A stretch of 64,000 nt of DNA, taken from assembly GCA_043228905.1 (NCBI GenBank), contig JBHGNT010000001.1:7006001-7070000 (forward strand), read 5' to 3'. The position numbers and the translations under genes were made by a program. The stretch comes from Azolla caroliniana. Its lineage: Eukaryota; Plantae; Polypodiophyta. Shown here one piece after another: positions 15,046 through 28,836 of the stretch. The notes under the pieces are model-generated. The model made no database searches. It was not told the DNA's origin and saw nothing but the letters and a program-made list of their open reading frames with translations. How positions within the stretch are numbered: the stretch's first letter is position 1; each line of letters opens with the position of its first letter.

Positions 15046-18000
15046 TCATATTGATGTGCTGTTAGGAACACCCTTACATGTCCTACCAGGGCTTGAGTTT
15101 GGCACCAATAGTTCATACGGTAAAACTCCCACACCATTCCTGTGCTTTAGTTTTGGATCCTTGTTCCTCTTAGCTATTTCTTTCTCAATTATAAACATGC
15201 TCATTGAGAATCTCTGAAAAGCTTCAATAGCTCTCATGTCGTTCGTCCACTTTGTTTGAGCTCGTTCCCCAAGGTACTCTTCGTCTAGTGAATGTGTACT
15301 CAAAGTGTCCACAATAGACATGGTTGTGGTAGCTTGGAATTTGTTGGGAATGCAAGACAAGAAGAATTTCTCAGGGTTCTTAGAGAATTCACGATATGCA
15401 ACAATGTCATCCTCGTCAGGGATTAAGCGACGAGTCATGCAAGGTCGATTTGGAACATAAGCACCATAGGCGTATTGGCCAAAATTGACAGCTGCATGGA
15501 AACCCGACACAATCCAAATGATAGTGGACAGTATGTTTTTAAGGTCACTAGGGGTGTTAAGTTGAGGCCACCATGACTCATCCTTTTTGTCAGGATGACC
15601 TTTATTCTTTATCTCCTCCCACCATGCTTGGATCTCTACATCACCTTGGACATCCTTCTCATCCTTGTAATATAGGGACACATACTCATCCACCCAACTT
15701 GTTATTGAGGTCCACACTAACAGGCCATCTGATGCATAGGGATAATCTTCTAATACCAGCTTTATTCCATTAGGTGCATTTGTGTCCTCGATGGCCATCC
15801 CCCTATTTGTAATGCACAAATTGTAATTTGTAACGAATTAGTAATATCCCACATATGATTAATTTGAGGTTCACTTTGCTAAGTCAAAAACTACCATGAA
15901 GTACAGAAAAGAATGATATGATTTATCATGCAAAGAATTGATGTCTCTTACATTTTAACCAATTGACTGTAAAACAAATAAAATTATACCATTTAATGAC
16001 ACGAAATCATTGATTGGCCTAGTACTTGTACTTTACGCAATTTCTTTTGAATCATCAAATAGTCTCAATAGCCTAGAACTTGATCTTTTTATTTATATAT
16101 TTCAGACCGAATGGATAAGAATCTATCCTTCATGTGCTCCTTACCCTCGTCTAGTCAATTTTTAGCATAGACACACATATGCAAAGAAAATTGTAGATAT
16201 TTAAACTATCATTGAATGCCTGCCAATGTTCATGGAACATTCACACACACTTCTTGCAAGCCTTTGTCAATTTTAATGTTGAGACTTTACAAGAGTAGTA
16301 TTATGAGTCTAACAAGGACAGCTTCTTGACGTTCAAGTTAACCAAGTCAAAAGCATTCCCTAAGTTATGTGATTGAGAGCTAACTCCTTCCAAAAAATCA
16401 AAGGGTAGCTAGCAAAACAACCAAAAACTACGAAGAAAGCAAGAAATAAACCTTAATAGCTTCCCAAACTCATGACTGAGCAAACAAGCACATTATGAAA
16501 ATGACCAACCACAAACATTAAAAGAATTTATGTTTTTTTGTTGTTTCACCCAACCAACCTTTTCAAAAGGTCCATCGGCAAGCTTTCATGGTCAAATCTC
16601 CATGACGACTTATAGGCAGCAGAGCTAATGGCTAAAGAGAAAGGACCTGTTGTGAAAGTGTTCTCAATGATACCACCCGCATTGATGAGGAGTTGACGGG
16701 CAGAGGCATTTATCGCTAGTGTGTAACGAAAGTGAGGCTTAAGAAGCTTAAAAATGGGATGCATTTGGCTAAGCTGTCTGTTAGAAGTGATCACAAAAGG
16801 CTCTACCACTGCATGACTTCGTAACCTATAAAGAGCAAAGTTAAAGATTTAATAAAGTTTACCATGGTCCATGCATTCTTGTAATATCTCATGAGTCCAT
16901 CTTATGAAACATGAAGCACACAACTTTTTATTCTAGTACATTTTTTTAATGACTTATCAATGGTTTGATAGCTAAAGAATAAGCTAGCCAAACTAAAAAA
17001 TCATTATACAATCCTATTTTGAGCAAGAATATATCATCCTTTTAAGAAATATAAAGCATATAAATGGTCATGATACACTAAAGAAGTGTGCACCATGAAG
17101 CGTATGTCTTTTTACTAATGCCTCCCTAAAGTGACTATCTATTTTTTGAGGATCCTCATTTATAAGTTTACGTGATACATTTTTCCGAGAATGAAAGAAT
17201 CTTTTGGCATTTCTCTACTATATATGACTAAATGTCTTCATCTTTTGTGTTGTTTACTAATATGTTATTAGTCCTGCCTTTTTGGTCCCCTATTTTTTAT
17301 GTTAATTCATAGTTCATACCAATGATTGACGAGTTGATGATACCCTGCATCGTTTGAGCTTACGTGAGCTTTGGCCAATTGCCATTTCCAATAGGCACCC
17401 CCATCGCCATTGTAGTCACCACGTGTGAACACTCGCCTCCAAGCATTGTGCCCCCTCGTACTTGGTGGTAAGCTCAACTCAATGATGATGGGGATAAGAA
17501 CATTTTCCCTAGTGTAGAACAAGATTGTCCTTGTCGCATACATCTTCCTACCCTTCATCTTGTTCACTTTGCTCACAAACGGCATGAAGGCGTCATGATA
17601 GTCCAACATATACAATCGCTTTTCATTTATTGCCTGATTAAAACATGTGAAAAATTCATTTAATAGTTTATATTAGCATAGGCATGACCATATATTTATG
17701 GATGGATGGTCTTAACTTTATACTTGTGGGGTCAAATACACTAGAGATAACCCTAGTTATATAACATTCACATTAATTAGGTCAAATAGGACAACAAGAG
17801 GATCATTAAATTGTAACCAAGCGGGGAGTCAAATAAACTAGAGATTAACGAATGCTCATGAGATTAAATGAATGGACTTAACGTAAAACCAAACCATGTG
17901 GATGGGGTCAAATCTAAACAAACATAGACCCATTATCTTAGTTTGGATTGAGAGTTTTATTGTTACATTACTTGGGTATCCATTGGAGTATACATAAACC

Positions 18001-20917
18001 AAACATTATCTCAGTGTAACATTTACAATATCACATTATTGAATTTTTTTAAGTTGTGGTCCATACTTGTTCTACACTTAACCCTTCCAAATGAGCAATC
18101 AAATGTTCCTCCGTGATTGTTGATATGGGCGAACCATATACCATAGGGTCCAATCCACTCTTGATTGGAAACTCCTACAACAAATATAGATTTATGTCAC
18201 TTGGACTATTCCGATGACACAAAATGTTACTTTAAAAGATTCCATGCATTTGAATATTTAAGAAATTTAAAATGTTTTCATATGTAGAAAATTACTCATT
18301 TGCCCTAGGAGTATTATTCCCAACAATGTTCACATCACAAGGTATGGAAGTATATTAGGAAGGTATGCTTCATGGTCGATGGAACCCGTAGTGTGAAAAT
18401 GTATAAAGTTTATTGTGACATACATTGTCTAGCCTAAGCATATAATTGTTTTTGTGATGTCAATGCCCTAACCTGAAGCCTTTGGATGTCCACAGGATTT
18501 GCCCCAGCAAGTAATTGCCGCCCAAACTCCTCATCTCGCATCCATCGAAAGTGATCCCCTAATCAACAAATCCATCCACAAACATTCATGAGAGAGTAAA
18601 TAAAATGCAGCCAATGCCCAAAAATGATGGGATCAAATTAGCCTCAATGTATAGTCAATTGTACTTGAGATGACATGTGGTTGAGCATATTGAAATAGGT
18701 CAGATATTTGGTCACTTGATTCTTGCATTTTATCAAGCAATTGAGTTCCAAGGAATGTTTTAAGAATTTTGTTGTCAAGTGCTCCAAAGTTTCTCAATCC
18801 GATTCCATCCTCATAAAGTTTGTCAATGCATTGAAAACATTGAAATTCATCATTGCCTTCCTTTAGGCTATTAGCCAAAATGGGCATAACCTGGTGTACT
18901 GCCCCTTTAAGCGACTTTGCCATGAAATCGTCTCTTTTAACTTCTTCAAAGGCTTCATCTCTTGGCACGTAATAGTTATTCCCTAATCCCGATGGACTCT
19001 CTGCATTAGCATCTGCATAATAAAAGAAGATATGCAATGTCAAACATGACCAATAAGAAAGTCGCATGCAATAACCAGTAAGAAAACTTGGAGAACATTC
19101 CTAGTTAAGATATTAAAGCATACTAATTAATTACCTAGGTATGATAAGGAAGAGGGGGTCATTGTAGGCATTGAAAGGCCAAAGAATGACCCCCTACATT
19201 CCACCACACGTAGCCAAGAATTTGAGACCTCATTGTTTATAGAAGTTGATCATATCAAGCATAATATGGAAATGGAATTCAAATTTGGCACGTTAGAAAG
19301 TGTGTTAAAACTACACAAATATAACATTGTCAAGCCCTAACCTGCTTTTGTGCAACTTCGACCTGTTCGAAGTCGTCGAGGGTATGGCAAATTGACTCCT
19401 CCAAGATTTGGTCGTGCCAAATCCTCATCCTTGTCAGGGTCGCCAATATCATTATATACATCATAGTCATAAATCCTATCCCACTCTTGCATACATGTTC
19501 TTGTGCCAAAGCCTCTAAAAAAACCCATGTCATATTCTCTCAATTTCTTCAAGCCGTTTGGAGTCTCTGAAGGTAGATAGACATTGTTGCTAAAGAAGAT
19601 AGTCTCATGTGGATATTTAGATTTAGGTTGTACCCAAGAGTAGCAAGAGAAATAAACCTTGCCAAATGCAAGACTGTGGAGGGCAATAGTCTCAAGGAAG
19701 AATTCATTATTATGGTTATTTACAAGAGTGATGGCCCCTGGGATACCAAAGTTGCTACTAACAATAAACTCAACAATGTATTGAACCTTGGTGGCTTTAA
19801 TGTTTGCCTTTTGGGCCCAATCTTGTATTGAAGCTTTGTTGCTTCGTTTGCCAAAGCCCGTTTCTGCAACATATTTCAAAGAGTAAATAATAATCCTTGA
19901 ATCACATAATGTAAATGTGCCAATGCATTCAAAGTACGATATGATGTGTTTCTAAAGCTATTGTTTAGAAATCTTATGTTGAGTCCACCTTCAAGATTGA
20001 AAAGAGAGGCGGAAGAATCATCCAACAAAATATAAATATTTACAAGAGTTGTAAATGACATGGTTGTATCTAGAGAGAGAACGCACAATTATTTTGTTAT
20101 CCTCAAATATACAAGCTTAACGGTAACTTCTCCTACTAGTTCGGAATGTGATGTGATTTACACGAGAGCATTTCCATCCTAAAGTATAGTAGGTTTTAAC
20201 AATAAAAGAATCCAAACATCTAGACATTTTTTTATTTTGAAACAAAGTCTTAACAATAACTTTTCAAACTTAGGCTATTTGAAACAAATTGACAAATTAT
20301 TTCCTCCCAATTTTTAACAATCACTTTTCAAAACTTAGGTGTCTCCAAATGTTAGACTATAACAACCACCTTTCTATAACATTAAACTACAAGTGACCAT
20401 TATTTTGACTAGGCTTCTTGAAACAAAAAATAATAACTTTTTTTAAATATGGATGATTGCATTGTACATATATGAGTGTAGTTACAATTGTTATGGTTTT
20501 AGAGAGCTTACTTGAATCCACTTGTGAGCTACTGACAAGCTGTAAGTCCACCTTTTGTCCGGACAAGTCTAAAATGCAATCAAGTTGGTCCAAAGCTCTC
20601 TCTTGGGGGCTAGGATAACACTTGCGCTTTACTGTCACAACTACTGTGAGCTTGGTCATGTTGCTGAAGTGGACGTGTGGACGTTGAGGTGACGAGGTGA
20701 CATTAAAACTAGGACGTTGTGCTTGTGAGGTAACATGGATGCACGCACAATGTCTTAGCAAGGGGACGTTGAAGTGAGGATGATGAGCTAGGAAGGGGTG
20801 CAGATCGACATGGACACCAGGGTGGTGCCCTAAAGTGGTTCGACGTGGCAAACATATATTAGTGGAAGACCGTGATATAGGTCTTGATGATGAGAGGGTT
20901 GGAGGATGCATTAACAT
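15046..20917 (-). CDS. LOX: Linoleate 13S-lipoxygenase, type II (plastid-targeted), 8 exons, ~935 aa
   Basis: complement(join(15046..15802,16559..16825,17320..17633,18067..18174,18473..18558,18665..19012,19342..19863,20512..20917)). All introns are GT-AG and in phase, and the 86- and 108-nt exons typical of plant LOX are present. Iron ligands are intact ([21 protein letters not shown]-terminal Ile of PNSTSI). The N-terminal extension is Ser/Arg/His-rich. Confidence 0.96.
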
Positions 20918-22146
20918 GGCACGAATTTGATGAGGGACAAATATTAACTATATGATATTCAAGGGTTAAAATGAAAGAGAAGAAAGAAGTTCAAAGGAAA
21001 CCGAGTTACAATTTGACAGCATGAAAACTTAGGATGGGCAAGTTCGAAAACTTAGGTTGGATCAAATGCAAGATGGAGGAGGTAACTAGATATAGAAGAA
21101 ATTGTGAGTGATGATGATGAAGAAGAAGAGCACAAGATCACATCAAACAAGAATGAGAGAGAGAGAGAGAGAGAGAGATGGTTGGTATTTGAATGCATAG
21201 AACACTCTTTATACAAGGCAATGCAATGCTTACAAAATCGCATAAATTAAAATTTATTTATTTTTAATATTTTCTTTCGCTAGTCAAACTAGCATCGAAA
21301 GTCGTCATTTTTAGTTTATTTTGTATGATAATTAATTTATTAATACTCGTGGTTTACCATTTTGCTATTTATTTATTAGTGTGTTTTTATGCAATGTGTT
21401 TCTAGTTAGTAAACTGCCATATTATGATTGGAGAGGATTTTTGTCACTTGCACAATTAATTAATTTTAATTCTAAAGAATCTTATTGGGCAATATTTCAT
21501 GTGAAACGACAAGTCGGCAAGCATCTGGAAAGTTTTTGAACGCATCACTTATTGACATGACAAGATAGTGAATTGAACTTTCTAACCTTGACTACTAAAC
21601 ATGTCGGGATCTTCCTCCGGACATGGGATATCACAAGAATCCATTCTAAACTATTGGTTTTATAAAAAAAAGCGAGTCTTTACATGCATCATGCAATTGA
21701 TTGACTTGACTAACCACTATTTTAATTAAAGTTGTAAATTGGTTCTTATATCCTTTAAAATTTTGTTGACCTTGTAAGTTGCACTATAAGACAATAGTGT
21801 TATGAAGACAACCTTGTCCCTTGCAAGCCAAGGCTCCCCATACCCTGTATCATACCTTCTTTTGGGTTCATCATTCATTTGACTTAGTAATAAATAGGTT
21901 CCTTTCATGATCTCTATATCTAATAGACAAAGAGACAAAGAGATGTTATTGTTGTTATGAGAGATCAAATATTATCTATGAGGAATATAGTACATGGTAG
22001 AGAGATTTGCCTTACACCCATTGTTTCAAACAAAAAAATATGTGTATGTGTTTTTAGAGGAAGGGAGAGTGACAATTTCAACAAGGCAATCAAGACCACA
22101 AACTTGCAAGAATCACTTGTCTAGAGCTTTAAATCAATCATGGTAG

Positions 22147-22147
<1 letters not shown>

Positions 22148-22194
<47 letters not shown>
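22148..22194. repeat. (GT)n microsatellite
   Basis: Directly visible. Confidence 0.95.
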
Positions 22195-22196
<2 letters not shown>

Positions 22197-23749
22197 GGAA
22201 AGAGGTCACATGACCAAATCCACAAAGTCAATCTAGAAAACAAATTAAACAACACATATCCTTTTTTAGAACCTTGGAGCATACCATAAAGACAACATTC
22301 TATGATGAATATTGACAATCCTCCCAATCGGCACTAGCACCAGAATGTAATAATTATTCCACAAGAACATTTACTTTGTGATGATAGGAACCCACACCAT
22401 TTCTTTTTAAGGATTTTTGTATTAACATGAATACAATTTCCTTTGTATATATTGTCAACAATTACATTCGTTTTACATTCAAAAAATCATTATTTTCAAA
22501 GGGTTAGTAAGAGTTCATATAAGGCTATCTTCATGGCATTTAACTCCAAAACTTAATTTATGATAGGTTGATAACTCATTAAAATTAATCCTACTTTAAA
22601 CCTAAATATGCTCATTGATCAAACGAATAAGCAGTTAGCAAGCTGCTAGACTACAAACTAAAAATAGATTCTAGTTAGTTCAATACAAAGATCAAAACAA
22701 AAAGATATAAAAAAATATCATTGCTCTTAAAGAAGGGAAATTTGGAAAAGTCACAAAAAGGGCAAATGAGACTTGATTAGAGATGTTTGTTGTTGATGGA
22801 GAGGTTCCACCTACCTCAACACATTGCTTGTTACTAAGTTTTCACGCACCAAGAAATTTTTTATTTTGATTGGGAATTGCATGAGTATGGGTCCATTGGG
22901 GGGGAATAGTTTCATGGTTAAAAAACATGTATGCATTGCCAATCCTAGCATCGATATGGGCCGTTAATTTTGTAGTATGATATATAGTTATTCATTCTAA
23001 AAACAAATTGCCACATTTTCCACATTATAAAGAGCGATGACAAGTTGGGTCAAAACTTAAACGAATTTACAACATCGAGACTAGAACATTTTTTTAAATA
23101 GTTAAGAGACATATATGAATCAAGGTAAAGCCTCTATTTCAAATTTTATCATGGAGTAGCCTTACATAAGAACAATCACAAAATGACAAAAATAATTAGG
23201 TGGTTGCACTAGAGAACACTATATGTTTTATCGAGCTTATAAGATTATAACATAGGGAAAGTGTGGCAACGACATCACATATCACTAACCTGAGATATGG
23301 TTGCGCCAATATAAGTAACAAGTAATTAAGCAACCTCACATATTTCTAGTATCGGCAAACATCATAGATTTATGGCCATGAAGAATAATGCCCTCATAAA
23401 TATAAGCTAAAAGCATCGTAGGTTCCTAACCTTAAGGATAACTTTTTGTTGACAAAGGATCGCTAGTGGGTGAATTATTGTGGAAATATTTACATCTCTC
23501 ATTAACCATAAAGTGGATATAGTGGAAGACTTTGAGATTTCCTTTCTCGTGGAATGTTTGTTGTCAAATGAATTGTAATGATTTGTTGCGCATCCATAAA
23601 AGCATGTTTGTAAAATTACATGAACGATTTAGCTTCAAGATAGGTGTAAGGCATATACATTGAAGAAACTAGGGCATCGCGACAATATGTGCAAGGAAAA
23701 CAATCAACACATGATTATGACATGTCAAGAATGAAATTTTCAGATGATA

Positions 23750-23903
23750 CATTAAGAAGGGAATTGCATGCAATGTAAGGTTCATAATGACATATTTGGA
23801 GTACATCAAGAAGGGAAATTCATGCAATGTAAGGAAGATAATGACATTTTTGGAGGCACATCTATCAAAAAGCAAGGGATTTTATGTAATGTAAGGTTGA
23901 TGA
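23750..23903 (+). repeat. Three diverged ~55-60 bp tandem units (aagaaggga..tgcaatgtaagg..ataatgacat)
   Basis: Units start near 23753, 23808 and 23870. The last one is followed by LTR-like sequence starting TGTTAAG at 23904. Confidence 0.65.
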
Positions 23904-25711
23904 TGTTAAGATAGAAGCTCCAATTTCACACCCTCAAAAGGCCATAAACATGACCTATGGAGTATGGGACTCTTGCATGTGGAAGCATAATGCTTGGGTA
24001 CAAGAGGAATTGCTTCTATGTGAATGATACCAACCTTTCATAATATTGTATTATTATTTCACTAAGATCAATGTATGATCGGACGGAGAATGTATCATGC
24101 TATTAGTGAGCATTGTACCTCTTGTAACCCAAGGAATCTTTAATGAAATGTATATTAGTGCTTTGTTAGACCTTGAGTGGTGTTAGAGCTAGATAAAGGG
24201 TGAGTCACAAGTGTTTATGGATGCACCCCACTGTATAAATATCCATGGTCTCTATTGCAATAATAAAGTGAGAGAGAGATTCACATTTTCACCCTAGTTT
24301 TGACATATAAACCTTAAGTACAACCTGTATGAATGCAGGTTCGAAAGTCCAACCTTGAAATAAATGTATGGGAATATGTTTTGAATGGAATGAATATTTA
24401 TAATACCCCCCCACTCCTACCATGTAGGATTCTATGTAGTTATACAAAGCACAATGACCTAAAAGAAATTGTTCCCAACCTCTCCACCATGTATTGAGGT
24501 ATTGATCTTTAGTTGATCCATCATTTTATAACTATCTACCATTTCGTTTAATATATTTGTGTTTTGTAATCGTGTGTCCTCTCGCTTTCTCTCATGCCAA
24601 AATTTGTCTTAGGAGACATTACTCTCTCTCTCTCTCTCTTTGTAATTATCATACCCTAATGATTGCACTATCAACTCAAACTCGAGGCTTGACTATCACA
24701 CCTTTTTTCTAGTTCTCTATATGCCACTATGGAATGTAGGGGTTAAACACATGACCATCTAATATCTACAAGACCACTTTACCAACCAAGCAACATTCAA
24801 CTACCTTTTTTTTGTTTATGAAATTAATCCTCTCTCTCTCTCTCTCTCTCTCTCCACAAATGTGTATATTACTATACCTTCTCAAATGTAGCAATACTAA
24901 GTGACATAATGGCACCTCTTGTAGGGACAAAGTGCTCATAGAGCTTAGTTGCAAAATTGTCAAATAAATTTTCCTTTTACCCTACAAACCTATCATTGTA
25001 CTCCATGGAAACCATCAAACAATAACCCATTTGTCAAACTCCAATCATACCACATATCCAACACTTAAGGTAATAAAACATAATCTCACAACATGTGAGG
25101 GTACAACTTTGCCTCGAACAGAACCCCACTAAAAGGGTGACAATACATCCTAGTTAATGATGCCCAAAGGCATGAGATAACAATCCAAATTTATAGCAAT
25201 TGGGAGTGCATGGAATCTATGCTTGTTTTGACATGTAAGGAATCTATTTATTGCATCCTCTTTGATCACTATTAAAAAAAGCACGCCCCATTGCAAATGT
25301 GTTGATGTTTTGAAGTCATTGCGAAAGCCAACCCACCCACTCGTGCACAAAATTGAATACGAGAATGCCATCCTATATGCAAAATCCGATGCCACCATTA
25401 TATAAATGGGCAATATGCCATGTACTTGAAACCTTTAGCACTAACCAAGCTCTATCTTCAATCAATTTATGATATGTATCATTGGATTGAAATGCTAGTA
25501 TCAATTTCTTACAATCAAATAACCAATATTTCCACAATTCCTTTACCACCAAGTCTAGAATTAGGGCCACAAGAATAAGCATTTCAACTACTAACCACCA
25601 ATATTGTCATATCCACGAGTACATGAAACTTGGTGTCCATTGTCCTAAAGTCCTTGATCTATTTGTGTGACTTTAAAATAACCTTTTGTGCACCATAATA
25701 GCTTTTTATCA

Positions 25712-26173
25712 TGTTAAGATATCAAGCTCAACTTAGTTTAGCCATTTAGTTAACCATGTAACTTAGTAGTTACCTAGATAGAATCTAGTTAGTGTGTTGT
25801 TGACCTTAAAGCCTTAAAATAAGATTTTGTACTTGATTGGGATACATTCTAGATCCTCCACTCATATGTTCATTTAATATAGGACTTACACCTTTATACC
25901 TATATTCTCCTCATACATGTGCACCCTTGCACCGGAGATGTATATATACCTCATTGAGGATATCGTTGTATTTTGATGCTTATTAATATAGAGGAAAGGT
26001 CTTTAGCTACACTCTTGTTAATCATCCCCCATTTACATTATTGTTCATAAGTGTATCTTCCTCTCTCTCTTCCTCTCATACACATACGCACACATATCAC
26101 ATAATCTTCCGTTGCTTAACTACTCACATAATTAGTCACTAATTAACCCTAATTAATTACCTAATTATTAACA
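25712..26173. mobile_element. Solo LTR with 5-bp target-site duplication
   Basis: Inverted termini TGTTAA...TTAACA, flanked on both sides by TATCA (25707-25711 and 26174-26178). Contains a TATA-like stretch. Confidence 0.75.
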
Positions 26174-28573
26174 TATCATTTAAATGGTCAACCATTATTA
26201 ACAACATGCCACCAAGAAGGTACAATTTTGTGGTATTGTGGATGGCAAGATGTAAATGTGTATTTCAAAAAGTCAAACAAAATGCAGTTGAGTTAGTCAT
26301 GGAGATATGATTGATACTTTTGCATACTGTAAGAGGCCAATATGAGGCAATAACTGGCGAGTCTGATGTTGTGTTTCGTAAGCAATAACATTTTAGAGAA
26401 ACGTGGAAAAAGGCCTAAGTTTTCACCTCTTTTGGGGAGAGAATAAAGTGGAGATATGCTCCACCAAGATGGCTTTCTTTGCCCCTGTTTTGGAAGGACC
26501 CCGCTTTCACGCTCATTTAGATGCATGAGAGATTTTGCTACTCCACATGTTGGTTGATGCAGGTATGATGGTCATGTTTTCCTATATGAGTTATATGAGT
26601 TCTTTGTAGCCTTTGGGCATCTTTCCATTAATACCAAGGTGAATCTTTTATAATAATAAAATGTACAATTTTGTGTTTTCACTTAGTGTATACCAATCTT
26701 CTCCATAAAATAAGAAATACGAATATGTTTTAGAAGGCTAAATATTTGAGCAAGCATATGATCCTCGAAATTTAGTAGGGATGATGCCCTAAGGCATTTT
26801 GGAGTACATTGTACGTGTATGGCTCCATGAAACCCAATTCATACCAATTATTGTCTATGTCTTCCATAATGTAAATGATCACGTGATTTCTTTGTCTATG
26901 GTAATGATAACAAAAATAATAAATAATCGAAATAATTATTTCTTGCACCACTTTGGACTAGTATACAAATTTATCCATGATTGCACTTAATATACAAGTC
27001 AAACATTAAGAGAGTTAGATATTAACACCAATAGGGTAATCTAAATGGTGACAAACCTCACCTTGGTCCACTATTTTCCAATCACATCCAAGATAACTAA
27101 ATGTCTCTCGATGCTTTTGATAAGGACAAATTTACGCATAATTAATATTTATACCTACTACCAGTGCAAACGTTTCCACTTCCATAGTCTAGCTATAATA
27201 TTAGGTACAGGTTGAGGGACCAATATTGAATTATTTGCCAATGCCTAAGCAATTTCCACAATTTCATGATGTTTGAGCAAGCCCCACAATTTCCCACATT
27301 CTACCAAGTTATGCAGCACAACAAGATGTTTGTCAGTAGTAATGGCAAACAAACAGGGTCAATGGGCACCCTTTTCGTGTGGACCATGCCAAAGGTATTG
27401 CCCTAGTCACTCTACCATGCGAATAACTGTGACACTACACCTACCCTGAACATGAACATGAGGTTGGATACCCTTGCACTAAAACCCATATGAGACATAT
27501 GTTGAGAAATAAACTACTAACTTACATGAAACTAAGCCTTCTCAATATTTAATTTAATCATTTATTGTTTGATTCCTCGGCATAATCCACAATCATTTGC
27601 ACATTCGAAATATCATGAAAGATTTGAGTGTGTAAACGTTGTCAATGGTCATCCTTTCTTTGTTGATATACTTTGGCTTGCCTTAAGGAGGAAACCCTTG
27701 ATCCTCATGTCTTCCAAATAGCCAATAATAGAAACAACTTGTTAATATACCAAACCATTAGTTTAGTTAATGTTACCGAATGATCTTCCTACTTCCCACG
27801 TCACTCTAAAGGTGAACGAGGGCATCCTTACGATGCTCTCATTTGAACACCCTCCTTATGACCTCTTGCCCAATATCTTGCTGTAAATTGAAATTGGACT
27901 ACCTGAGTGACAATAGGTTAGTGTTCTTACATCAAAGAGATGGCTTAAGACCAATTATACAAGAGCATTCACAGATATAGACAAAAGACCCATATAAGTT
28001 AGTTTACAAAATCTACATTATTTGGTTATTATTATAAACTTGATTTATCCTTGATTATAATTATCCCCTGACAAACCCTAAACCCTTATTTGTTGGTCGC
28101 ATGGCCAATGATCACAATCATCGTAAATTATTCCCACAACCTCTTCAAAATAGATTTACTTTTCCTATGTGCCTTCTGCAAATTTCACACCCGTCAAATG
28201 GCAAACATTAGATGTGGGACATTGGATTCCGACAATGAGCACGCCTCAACAACAAAGGGGGCTAGACATGGAAATTTAATTGTTTATACTGGTTAGCATT
28301 AATGTGTGTGTGTTGCCCTAGTGTTGTTAAAAGAGTGTGGTGGTCTCTCAAGATGTTCGACACCACTTATTTGGGTGTATTCGATTCTATCGGCTCTCTC
28401 TCTATCTTCCTATTTATCGACCATTCTCGCTCCTCCTTCCCTCAGGCTGGCCTCTCGACCACCTGACTTTGCTTCTCTTGAAGTAAAATAGCTTCTTGAC
28501 CCTACTCTCCCGAGTCAATAAAGCCCTCCCACCCCCCATATCATATTTGTTTGACTCTTGACTTTGCTAGCCC

Positions 28574-28710
28574 TTTCCCGCCAGAATGCCCAACCAAATT
28601 CAAAATTCAAAATTCAAAATTTTGAAATCCAAAAGCGCGCGCGTTTTAAGAAATTCCCTCTCTCTCTTTCTCTCTTTCTCTGTCTGTCTGTTTTGATTTC
28701 TTAGGGTTTC
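28574..28710 (+). promoter_or_regulatory. Proximal promoter with E2F site, CHR-like TTCAAA repeats and telo box
   Basis: TTTCCCGCC at 28574-28582; TTCAAAA three times plus TTTGAA at ~28599-28626; AAAAGCGCGCGCGTTTT at ~28631-28647; a CT-rich tract; TAGGGTTT at ~28702. Confidence 0.55.
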
Positions 28711-28836
28711 GGGAAGGCAGAAGCAGAAGCAGAAGGAGGCAGTAAGAACCTCAGAGTCAGTAGGACGAGCAAGCACAAGGACGACACAGAAGAACCAAGT
28801 GAACTTGTAGGAAGCAGAGGTAGAAAAATTGAAGAG

